Shown: positions 19,681 to 27,932 of the stretch, in pieces
Position numbering within the stretch: the stretch's first letter is position 1
How the letters are laid out: each line of letters starts with the position of its first letter
From: a virus
Taxonomy: Duplodnaviria > Caudoviricetes
Length of the DNA stretch: 54,430 bases
Virus record (IMG/VR): IMGVR_UViG_3300020182_003422
Coordinates: 1-54,430 of that record
Strand: one strand, 5' to 3'
Translations under genes and position numbers: made by a program
The notes under the pieces: generated by a model
Databases searched by the model: none
Told to the model about the DNA's origin: nothing
The model's input: the letters and a program-made list of their open reading frames with translations, nothing else

Positions 19681-20712
19681 ATGAAAAAAATAATAGTAAC
19701 AGGAGTCACTGGTCAAGACGGAAGCCACATGGTCGATTATTTATTAAAGAATACCGATTATAAAATATACGGAACAGCTCGAAGATTAAGCGTTAAGAAT
19801 CACGAAAACATATTGCATCTAGAGGATGAGCCTCGATTTGAGTTAATCAGTATGGACTTAAATGATGCTCATAGTATTCGTGATGTAGTAATCGACATCC
19901 AGCCAGACTTTTTTATAAATTTCGCCGCACAGTCTTTTGTGGCTGGAAGCTGGGATTTTCCGATTCAAACTTGGGACACCGATGCAAATGCAGTGCTTCA
20001 CATTCTTGAATCAATTCGCCGATTTGCCCCGCAATGCAGATTCTATAACGCCGGATCTTCCGAGGAATTTGGAGATGTGGTCTTTAGTCCGCAAAACGAA
20101 AATCACCCACTTAGACCTCAATCTCCTTATGGGGCCGCAAAATGTGGAGCTAGGCACATCGTAAGGGTATATAGAGAATCTTATAATTTATATGCAATAC
20201 AAGGGTGGTTATTCAATCACGAAGGAAGTAGAAGGGGGCTTGATTTCGTAACTCGAAAAATAACGCACACAGTAGCAAGAATAAAAACAGCCATAGAGAA
20301 AGGTAAAAAAGTTCCAACCCTGAAACTTGGAAACATAGAAGCAAAGAGAGACTGGAGCGACGCAGAAGATTTTATGGACGGAGTTTGGCTAATGCTTAAT
20401 CAAGAAAAACCAAAAAACTATGTTCTCGGAAGTGGAGAAATGCACACTGTTAGAGAATTCATGGAAGAAGCCTTAAAGTGCGCTGGTATAGAATTTAAAC
20501 CCTCAGGAAAAGAAGAGGATGAAAAATATCACACAAAAGACGGACTGTTGATTTTTGAAGTTGATCAAAAGTTTTATAGGCCGGCAGAAGTTCACGAACT
20601 ATGCGGAGACCCATCTCTTGCGGAGAAAGAGTTGGGTTGGGCAAGACAAACCGACTTCCAAGGCTTGGTCAAGAAAATGTACAAAAGCGATTATATTGCA
20701 CTAAGCAAATGA
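19681..20712 (+). CDS. gmd: GDP-mannose 4,6-dehydratase
   Basis: TGVTGQDGS, AAQSFV, PQSPYGAAK, LFNHE, FVTRKIT and RPAEV. Confidence 0.95.
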   Translation: MKKIIVTGVTGQDGSHMVDYLLKNTDYKIYGTARRLSVKNHENILHLEDEPRFELISMDLNDAHSIRDVVIDIQPDFFINFAAQSFVAGSWDFPIQTWDTDANAVLHILESIRRFAPQCRFYNAGSSEEFGDVVFSPQNENHPLRPQSPYGAAKCGARHIVRVYRESYNLYAIQGWLFNHEGSRRGLDFVTRKITHTVARIKTAIEKGKKVPTLKLGNIEAKRDWSDAEDFMDGVWLMLNQEKPKNYVLGSGEMHTVREFMEEALKCAGIEFKPSGKEEDEKYHTKDGLLIFEVDQKFYRPAEVHELCGDPSLAEKELGWARQTDFQGLVKKMYKSDYIALSK

Positions 20713-21665
20713 AATCGAATAAAATTTTCGTCGCAGGACACAACGGAATGGTTGGCTCGGCCGTCTTAAATAAATTAAAAAGCGAAGGCTTCAATAATAT
20801 CATCACAAAAACTCGAAGAGAATTGGATCTAACAAAACAAACTGAAGTCAATAAGATGTTCGGGAAAGAGAGGCCTGAAATGGTTGTTATTTGCGCAGCT
20901 AAGGTGGGAGGCATATTAGCAAACAGCACTAAAAAAGCCGACTTTATATATCAAAATTTGCAAATAGCAACAAACTTAATCCACGCTTCGCACATTTACA
21001 ATGTTAAAAAAATGATAAACCTTGGAAGCTCTTGTATTTATCCTCGAGATGCAGAAATACCCATTAAAGAAGAGAGCTTATTAACGGGCGCATTAGAAAA
21101 AACAAATGAGCCATATGCAATAGCTAAAATAGCAGCTATAAAACTATGCGAAAGCCTTTACGAACAATACGATAATAATTTCTATTCGATAATGCCGTGT
21201 AATATGTACGGGCCGAGAGATAATTTTGACCTAAAAAGCTCCCATGTCTTACCTGCATTAATTCGCAAGGTTCACGAAGCGAAAGAAAGCGGCGCAGATA
21301 GCATTGAGGTCTGGGGGTCGGGCAAAGCATTAAGGGAATTTCTTTATGTCGAGGATCTCGCCGAAGCAATATCTTTTTGTTTAAAAAATGTGAATGCCTC
21401 AGATATTTACAAACAAGAGATATCTCACCTCAATTGCGGATCCAATAAAGAAATTTCCATACTTGAATTAACATCTTTAATTAAAAACATCATTGCATAT
21501 AAAGGAGATATTACATTCGACAACTCAAAACCCGACGGAACATATAGAAAAAAAATGAACAATGCTCGAATTTCAAAAATAGGATTCAACCCGAGAACCT
21601 CCCTAGAAGAAGGGTTGCGAAGAACATATAATTGGTATATAGAAAACAAACAAAAAATTGTGTAA
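20709..21665 (+). CDS. fcl: GDP-L-fucose synthase
   Basis: IFVAGHNGMVGSA, AAKVGGI, LGSSCIYP, TNEPYAIAK and SHVLPAL. Start at the ATGA overlap, 20709. Confidence 0.95.
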   Translation: MKSNKIFVAGHNGMVGSAVLNKLKSEGFNNIITKTRRELDLTKQTEVNKMFGKERPEMVVICAAKVGGILANSTKKADFIYQNLQIATNLIHASHIYNVKKMINLGSSCIYPRDAEIPIKEESLLTGALEKTNEPYAIAKIAAIKLCESLYEQYDNNFYSIMPCNMYGPRDNFDLKSSHVLPALIRKVHEAKESGADSIEVWGSGKALREFLYVEDLAEAISFCLKNVNASDIYKQEISHLNCGSNKEISILELTSLIKNIIAYKGDITFDNSKPDGTYRKKMNNARISKIGFNPRTSLEEGLRRTYNWYIENKQKIV

Positions 21666-21675
21666 TACAATACTT

Positions 21676-22746
21676 ATGAACAACGAACATTTCCCAAATA
21701 GAATTCTTGAAGCTCTTCAAGAAAAAGTAAAAGCTCACAACGCAAAGTGCGCAAGCAAAATAACTCTATCTCAATTACAAAAGGTTTATCGGCGCGGAGC
21801 AACTGCGTTTGCGCAATTCGGCAAACCTGGAAAAGCTCGAGGTCAATGGGCAATCGCTAGAGTAAATATGTTCTTAAAAATGGTACAAGGCTTTCGAGTT
21901 AAAGACTCCTACAGAAAAGCTGACCAAGATATTTCAGACGCTGGAGTTTTAATCGACGATGGAGTTAGGGACGAAAATTTCTTTTCTGAAGAGAACTTGA
22001 TAGAGGCTAGTATAGAAATAAAACAAAACCAACTGCAAGAAGATCCATCTTTCACCTCAGAAATGTGGGCCACAATCTTTATCGATGTCGACGAACTAGG
22101 TTTTGAAGAGTACATAAACGAAGAAGCGTGGGCTGCGGAAAAAAACAAAGGAAAAAAATTAAACAAACCCTTCAGGACATCTAAAGGTCCAAAGAAATTT
22201 TCTGTTTACGTTAAAAACGAAAAAGGTAATGTAGTAAAAGTTAACTTTGGAGACCCAAATATGGAAATAAAACGGGATAATCCCGCCCGAAGAAAAAGTT
22301 TCAGAGCTAGGCATAACTGCGAGAATCCAGGCCCTAAAACAAAAGCTAGATACTGGAGTTGCAAAATGTGGAGCAAAAAGAGCGTCACAAACATGACCAA
22401 AGCAGAAGAGGCAGAAGACCTAGAGGAGTCAGAAGAGGTTGAAGAGCAAATTCTCGAAGAAGAATCCGAAGCAAAAAAAGGCCTTTGGGAAAACATCAGA
22501 GACAAGAAAAAAAGAATGGGCAAAAAATATAAAGCCGCAAAGCCTGGAGATAAAGATCGCCCAAGCAAAGAGGCATGGAAAAAAGCTCAATCTAAAAAAA
22601 TGAAAAAAGATTACGCAGCGGAAGATGAATTTAAGCCTCATATGATGTATGACCCAAAAACAGGAAAAGCTTATAAAGCTAAAACCATGGAAGACCATTT
22701 AAAAATGAAGAAAATGGGATATACTCACGAGAAACCTAAAGCTTAA
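21676..22746 (+). CDS. Basic phage protein with DUF5824-like and DUF6321-like domains
   Basis: LQKVYRRGATAF...QWAIARVNMFL and RRKSFRARHNC...ARYWSCKMW motifs. GTGTA at 21660-21664 supports the 21676 start. Confidence 0.7.
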   Translation: MNNEHFPNRILEALQEKVKAHNAKCASKITLSQLQKVYRRGATAFAQFGKPGKARGQWAIARVNMFLKMVQGFRVKDSYRKADQDISDAGVLIDDGVRDENFFSEENLIEASIEIKQNQLQEDPSFTSEMWATIFIDVDELGFEEYINEEAWAAEKNKGKKLNKPFRTSKGPKKFSVYVKNEKGNVVKVNFGDPNMEIKRDNPARRKSFRARHNCENPGPKTKARYWSCKMWSKKSVTNMTKAEEAEDLEESEEVEEQILEEESEAKKGLWENIRDKKKRMGKKYKAAKPGDKDRPSKEAWKKAQSKKMKKDYAAEDEFKPHMMYDPKTGKAYKAKTMEDHLKMKKMGYTHEKPKA

Positions 22747-22767
22747 AACTCCAACAACTTAAAACCT

Positions 22768-22800
22768 AAAGCCTCGCTAGTTCCTAGCGGGGCTTTTTTT
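22768..22800 (+). terminator. Rho-independent terminator
   Basis: aaagcctcgctag-ttc-ctagcggggc followed by T7. Confidence 0.85.
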
Positions 22801-22815
22801 GGCACGATTATAGCA
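22800..22815 (+). promoter_or_regulatory. sigma54-type (-24/-12) promoter upstream of Hsp20
   Basis: TGGCACGATTATAGCA has GG-N10-GC spacing and one mismatch to TGGCACG-N4-TTGC. Confidence 0.6.
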
Positions 22816-22903
22816 AATATAATATTGTAAACTCAATAACGCAGTCGTTATTGAGACAAATTTACACATTACATACAAACAACAATCAAAACAAGGAGAC
22901 AAT

Positions 22904-23299
22904 ATGTCATACTATATCAAAAACAATAATTCTTTACATTCTTTCTTAGATTCCATATTAGACGATTTATACTATGAAGATTTAAAACCTCAAAGAAAAT
23001 CTAACATTATAAAAGAAGAAGGCTTCGTAACTATACAAATCGAAGCGGTAGGATTAAATAAAAAAGATATCGATATACAAACAAAAGAAAATATACTACA
23101 TGTATCATACGAGAATAAAATAAAAGATGATACCAAATACTCACAACAACAAATATCCTTCGATTCATTCGAAAATAAATATAAACTGCAAAGCGATATG
23201 GATTCAAAAAATATATCCGCAACAATGAATAATGGATTATTGAATATAAAAATCCCTAATATTAAAAATAAAACAAGCTCAAGAATAAAAATAACTTGA
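22904..23299 (+). CDS. Small heat-shock protein (Hsp20/alpha-crystallin)
   Basis: GLNKKDIDI...SFENKYKL...ISATMNNGLLNIKIP. AGGAG Shine-Dalgarno upstream. Confidence 0.9.
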   Translation: MSYYIKNNNSLHSFLDSILDDLYYEDLKPQRKSNIIKEEGFVTIQIEAVGLNKKDIDIQTKENILHVSYENKIKDDTKYSQQQISFDSFENKYKLQSDMDSKNISATMNNGLLNIKIPNIKNKTSSRIKIT

Positions 23300-23324
23300 C
23301 ATTTGCATAAAAATGCTTTACTAT
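23296..23324 (+). promoter_or_regulatory. sigma70-type promoter
   Basis: TTGACA-17 nt-TACTAT. Confidence 0.7.
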
Positions 23325-23340
23325 AGTGCTCTTTAATATT

Positions 23341-23994
23341 ATGAAGAAAACAAAATTAATTATTACCGCCCTTTTAGGGTTTTTTATTAACGCCGCATCA
23401 GCAGAAACTTATTCTCTAGGCACAAAATACGCTTCCGATTATTTCTTTCGAGGTTCGCTAATGACCCAAGAGTCTATTCAGGCAGATCTGGGAGTAAGTG
23501 GAAAAGTTTTTGGCTTGGATTATTCCGCGAATGCATTTACAAATCAATCGGTAGAATCGGGAGTAGATACTTATATTCTTAACGGAGGGGTATCGAGAAG
23601 CTTTTTTGGAGATCTGCTTGGGGCGTATGCAGGAATTGGTCACATAGAAAATGTTTCAGGAGAAGCTTTAATGGAGGTAAACGTTCGACTAAGCGTTGAC
23701 ACTCTATTATCTCCAACCGTTTCTTTTTTCAGGAATTTGAACGAGTCCCTGTATACCTCAGAGTTATCGCTATCTCATGACCTTGATCTAGATTTCGCCT
23801 CACTGGGCATTCTAGGTTCTGTTGGAATATCTGACCTAACAAACTCAAACAGCGAAACCTATCATTCATTAGGGGTGAACGCTTCAAAATCCATTGGAGA
23901 AAAATCTGAAATCTGCCTGGGAATTGAAAGAGCTGACTCGGATTTAATTGAGGCGGAATATATTTTCGCACTAGGTGTTTCAACACAATTCTAA
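23341..23994 (+). CDS. Outer-membrane beta-barrel, TorF/TIGR02001-like putative porin
   Basis: Signal peptide (MKKTKLIITALLGFFINAASA), YASDYFFRG motif, alternating beta strands and C-terminal Phe. Confidence 0.7.
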   Translation: MKKTKLIITALLGFFINAASAETYSLGTKYASDYFFRGSLMTQESIQADLGVSGKVFGLDYSANAFTNQSVESGVDTYILNGGVSRSFFGDLLGAYAGIGHIENVSGEALMEVNVRLSVDTLLSPTVSFFRNLNESLYTSELSLSHDLDLDFASLGILGSVGISDLTNSNSETYHSLGVNASKSIGEKSEICLGIERADSDLIEAEYIFALGVSTQF

Positions 23995-24002
23995 AATAAA
24001 TT

Positions 24003-24242
24003 ATGAAAAATACAATCGATACGATTAAATCATATGCAGGAGGCGTTACAAGCGTTCTTTTGTCAATAATCGGCCTCTTGGTCGTAGCTCAAGTCGTCTT
24101 TGGCGAAGGAGCTCCTATTAACGTAATCGGCAACCTTCAGGACGTCGTAACTGGATTTGTCGGGCAAGGCGCCTCCTTAGCGGGAATCATTACCTTGTTG
24201 CTATTGGTCGCTTTATTGAGGCCAAGCCCAGATAAAGGCTAG
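24003..24242 (+). CDS. Small two-TM membrane protein
   Basis: 79 aa with two hydrophobic helices, likely co-transcribed with the porin. Confidence 0.7.
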   Translation: MKNTIDTIKSYAGGVTSVLLSIIGLLVVAQVVFGEGAPINVIGNLQDVVTGFVGQGASLAGIITLLLLVALLRPSPDKG

Positions 24243-24267
24243 TAGATAATCTACCCCAAACACAATC

Positions 24268-24291
24268 AAGCCGCCTTCGGGCGGCTTTTTT
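24268..24291 (+). terminator. Rho-independent terminator
   Basis: aagccgcc-ttcg-ggcggc followed by T6. Confidence 0.9.
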
Positions 24292-24375
24292 GTGCTCTGA
24301 CAACTTCCGCTGAATTTATTGTGTATTTAGTATTCCATAGTTGCAAAAAAGTTATTTACACAGGCTAGTTTTAAA

Positions 24376-24404
24376 TTGACATATGCCCATTTAAATGGTA
24401 TCAT
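24376..24404 (+). promoter_or_regulatory. sigma70-type promoter for nrdA
   Basis: TTGACA-17 nt-TATCAT with an extended TG. Confidence 0.75.
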
Positions 24405-24417
24405 TATAAAATAAAAT

Positions 24418-26835
24418 ATGAACATAAACGTAAAAAAACGAAACGGTAGACTTCAGCCTTTTTTGGTAGAAAAAATTAACGCAAATGTAGAAAGAGCATG
24501 TAAAGAAATCGAGGACACTTCCGTCAGTGAAGTTCTTCTTGATGCTCAATTGCAATTGTTCGACAAAATAACAACGAGTCAAATAGATACAGCTCTAATT
24601 CTTTCTGCTAGAGAGAAAATAGAAAAAGAACCAAATTACAGCTTTGTTGCTGCGAGATTATTGCTAAACACTGTATATAAAGAAGTTTTCAAAGAGGGAG
24701 TTGATTCGGACACTTTTAAACTTCAATACAGAAAAAGCTTTATACAAAATATAAAAAAGCTAGTAAAACTAGAAAAGCTCAACCCAAAAATGCTTGAATT
24801 CGATCTCGCAAAATTATCCGAAGCTTTAAGAATAAGGAGGGACGAGTCTTTTAAATACTTAGGTATTCAAATTCTAACCGATAGGTATTTCATTAGGCAC
24901 GACGATAAAATCATGGAGGCTCCTCAATGTTTCTGGATGAGGGTTGCCATGGGGTTATCTCTAAACGAAGAAAACAAAGAAGAAAGTGCGATCAAAATAT
25001 ATGACATGTTTAGTCAGTTTTTGTATACTTCTTCTACCCCGACTCTTTTTAATAGCGGGACTACTCATTCTCAATTAAGCTCTTGCTATCTCAACACTTT
25101 TGACGACAGTATCGACGGCATTTTTGATGGAGCGTGGCAAGAAGCTAGAAAATCTAAGTTTGCAGGCGGCTTGGGGTTTGATGTAACTCCGTTCAGGTCT
25201 TCAGGTTCTCACATTAAAGGTACAAACGGAATATCTGGAGGCCTAATACCTTGGCTTAAAATCTACAACGACCTTCTCGTTGCAGTAAATCAAGGAGGAA
25301 AAAGGCCTGGAGCAGGGTGCGCCTATCTTGAACCTTGGCACTTAGATTACGAGGATTTCCTTAACTTAAGAAGGAACACTGGAGACGATCGGCTGCGCTG
25401 CCACGACATGAACACTGCGTCTTGGATTCCTGATGAATTTATGAGAAGAGTAAAAAACGAAGATGTTTGGTACTTTTTTGATCCGTCCGAGGCCGATTTG
25501 CACGACTGCTTCGGAGCTGAATTTGACAAAAAGTACAACCAGCTATGTAATCAAGCAGAAGAAGGTTTAATAAAAAATTATAGAATAACTACTGCAAAAG
25601 AACTTTGGAAAAAAATGCTTAAAGTCTTATTTGAAACCTCTCACCCATGGAACACATTTAAAGACCCCTGTAATATACGCTACACAAATCAACACGAAGG
25701 AGTCGTTCACAGTAGCAACCTCTGTACGGAAATAACGCTCCACACAAAGGCCTCGAAGTACGACAAAGGCGAAAAGACAGAAATAGGAGAAACAGCGGTC
25801 TGCAATCTTGGATCAATCAATATCCTTAATCATATGAAAGAAGATGATACGATTGACTATGACAAGCTAAAGAATACAATTCACACTGCGATTAGAGCTT
25901 TAGACAACGTGATAGACTTAAACTTCTACCCAACAAAAGAAGCGAGCAATTCCAACTTGAAAAACAGGCCTATTGGGCTGGGAATGATGGCCTTGCACGA
26001 TGTACTGCATAGAATGAATATAAACATTGATAGCGATGAAGCTGTTAAATTCAATGACGAATTGTTTGAATTCTATTCTTACCATTCTATTTTTGCCAGC
26101 TCCCAACTCGCTAAAGAAAAAGGTTCCTACAAAACTTACAAAGGGTCACTGTGGAGCCAGAATAAACTGCCAATCGATTCTTATGCAGATTTAATGAAAT
26201 ACAAGGGCAAGAAACCAAACCTCGAATCCTCTCTGGATTGGAGCGAGGTCAGGAACCACATCAGCGAGCACGGCATGAGAAATTCAAATGTGATGGCTAT
26301 TGCCCCTACGGCAACAATCGGCTATATAAACGGAGTCGAACAAAGCGTTGAGCCAAATTTCTCTGTATTATTTGTTTATGAAAATAAAAGCGGAAACTTT
26401 TACATCACTAATCAGCATTTTATAAATGATATGAAAAAAGAAGGGTTATGGAATTCTAATACCGCAAAACTAATTAAAGATGCCGACGGAGATCTTTCTG
26501 TATTAAATGGAGACATCCCTTCATGGATAAAGTTAAAATATAAAACGGCATTTGATAGAGATATGTTCAAACTGATAGACTGCAATGCAGTCAGGCAAAA
26601 ATGGATCGATCAGGCCATAAGCTTTAATTTGTACAATAAAGAAACATCCTTGAAATATTTAAATGACGTATATATGTCTTGCTGGGAAGCTGGATTAAAA
26701 ACAACATACTACCTAAGAAATAGGGCTGCATCTAAAGTTGAAAAATCAACATCAGAATCAGACAAAGGGGAAGAAGCCTCGGCTTGCAGCATTGAAGCTG
26801 CGAAAAACGGGGGGTCTTGCGAGAGTTGTCAATAA
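24418..26835 (+). CDS. nrdA: Class I ribonucleotide reductase alpha subunit with ATP cone
   Basis: VKKRNG ATP cone, TPTLFNSGT, LSSCYL, SSNLCTEI, VCNLGS, IAPTAT, KTTYYLR and C-terminal CESCQ. Confidence 0.95.
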   Translation: MNINVKKRNGRLQPFLVEKINANVERACKEIEDTSVSEVLLDAQLQLFDKITTSQIDTALILSAREKIEKEPNYSFVAARLLLNTVYKEVFKEGVDSDTFKLQYRKSFIQNIKKLVKLEKLNPKMLEFDLAKLSEALRIRRDESFKYLGIQILTDRYFIRHDDKIMEAPQCFWMRVAMGLSLNEENKEESAIKIYDMFSQFLYTSSTPTLFNSGTTHSQLSSCYLNTFDDSIDGIFDGAWQEARKSKFAGGLGFDVTPFRSSGSHIKGTNGISGGLIPWLKIYNDLLVAVNQGGKRPGAGCAYLEPWHLDYEDFLNLRRNTGDDRLRCHDMNTASWIPDEFMRRVKNEDVWYFFDPSEADLHDCFGAEFDKKYNQLCNQAEEGLIKNYRITTAKELWKKMLKVLFETSHPWNTFKDPCNIRYTNQHEGVVHSSNLCTEITLHTKASKYDKGEKTEIGETAVCNLGSINILNHMKEDDTIDYDKLKNTIHTAIRALDNVIDLNFYPTKEASNSNLKNRPIGLGMMALHDVLHRMNINIDSDEAVKFNDELFEFYSYHSIFASSQLAKEKGSYKTYKGSLWSQNKLPIDSYADLMKYKGKKPNLESSLDWSEVRNHISEHGMRNSNVMAIAPTATIGYINGVEQSVEPNFSVLFVYENKSGNFYITNQHFINDMKKEGLWNSNTAKLIKDADGDLSVLNGDIPSWIKLKYKTAFDRDMFKLIDCNAVRQKWIDQAISFNLYNKETSLKYLNDVYMSCWEAGLKTTYYLRNRAASKVEKSTSESDKGEEASACSIEAAKNGGSCESCQ

Positions 26836-26851
26836 TTGATCCATTTTTGGG

Positions 26852-26880
26852 TTGACTTCGTTATCAATGTATGATATATT
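26852..26880 (+). promoter_or_regulatory. sigma70-type promoter (leaderless) for nrdB
   Basis: TTGACT-17 nt-TATATT with an extended TG, 6 nt before the ATG. Confidence 0.65.
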
Positions 26881-26886
26881 ATAATT

Positions 26887-27900
26887 ATGGAAGATAAAAC
26901 TGGAAAACTATTAACTGAAGATGTGGCAGGCGTAAACAGAATATTACCCCACAAGCACAAATACGCATGGGATTTATTTCTAAAAAGCTGCGCAAACAAT
27001 TGGATGCCAACAGAAATCTCAATGCAAAACGACATTAAACAATGGAAGAATAATGAAATTACAGAAGATGAAAAATTACTTGTTAAACGCTGCCTTGGGT
27101 TTTTTGCTGGATCTGAGTCTCTGGTCGGTAATAATCTTTTGTTATCTGCCTTTCGCTATGTTACGGACGCTGAGTGCCGTCAGTACATCCTTCGTCAAGC
27201 GTTTGAAGAAAGCCTTCACAACCTCACGGTAGTTTATATTTGTGATAGCCTTGACCTAGATATAGAGGAAGTGTTCAACGCTTACGAAACGATTCCCAGC
27301 ATAAAAGCCAAGGATGATTTCCTGATGCAAATAACCAATGATATTAGTGCTCAAGATTTTGACGCAAACTCAACAAAGGGCAAACAAGAAATATTAAGAA
27401 ACTTCTTAACGTATTGGATAGTGTGCGAAGGAACATTCTTTTTTAGCGGCTTCGCAATGCTTCTTGCTCTAGGAAGGCAAAATAAACTTCAAGGCATCTC
27501 CGATCAAATTAAATACACCCTCAGGGACGAGAGCTCTCACATTGCATTTGGAACTTACTTAATAAATACAATTATAGAGCAAGAGCCTGAAGTTTGGACC
27601 AAGGAAATGCAGGATGAATTTGTCGAACACATGAAAAAAGCTGTGGAGCTCGAGATAGCTTATGCCCACGACGTGCTTCCCACTGGAATTCTAGGTTTAA
27701 ATGCGGATATGTTTGTGGATTATATGCACTATATTGGCAATCGCAGGCTAGAGGCTATAGGGTTAGACTATAGATTTCCAAGTGACAAAAACCCATTCCC
27801 CTGGTTGGGAGAAGTGGTCGATGTTCAGGCAATGGGAAACTTCTTTGAGAGAAGAGTAAGGGAATATCAACAAAGCGGATCCCTTGAGGACGACTTCTAA
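26887..27900 (+). CDS. nrdB: Ribonucleotide reductase beta subunit with class Ic (R2c) signature
   Basis: NNWMPTEI, FFAGSESLVGNN, EESLH, EGTFFFSGF, RDESSH and NFFERRVREY. Confidence 0.95.
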   Translation: MEDKTGKLLTEDVAGVNRILPHKHKYAWDLFLKSCANNWMPTEISMQNDIKQWKNNEITEDEKLLVKRCLGFFAGSESLVGNNLLLSAFRYVTDAECRQYILRQAFEESLHNLTVVYICDSLDLDIEEVFNAYETIPSIKAKDDFLMQITNDISAQDFDANSTKGKQEILRNFLTYWIVCEGTFFFSGFAMLLALGRQNKLQGISDQIKYTLRDESSHIAFGTYLINTIIEQEPEVWTKEMQDEFVEHMKKAVELEIAYAHDVLPTGILGLNADMFVDYMHYIGNRRLEAIGLDYRFPSDKNPFPWLGEVVDVQAMGNFFERRVREYQQSGSLEDDF

Positions 27901-27932
27901 TGTAAAGGCTTTAATTTGGTGTAAATAGTATT

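Noticed and set aside
24321-24361. Convergent GTGTA/TACAC pair upstream of nrdA as late promoters
   Set aside because: No start codon at the usual distance, and a canonical sigma70 promoter explains nrdA. Could be chance occurrences of a 5-mer.
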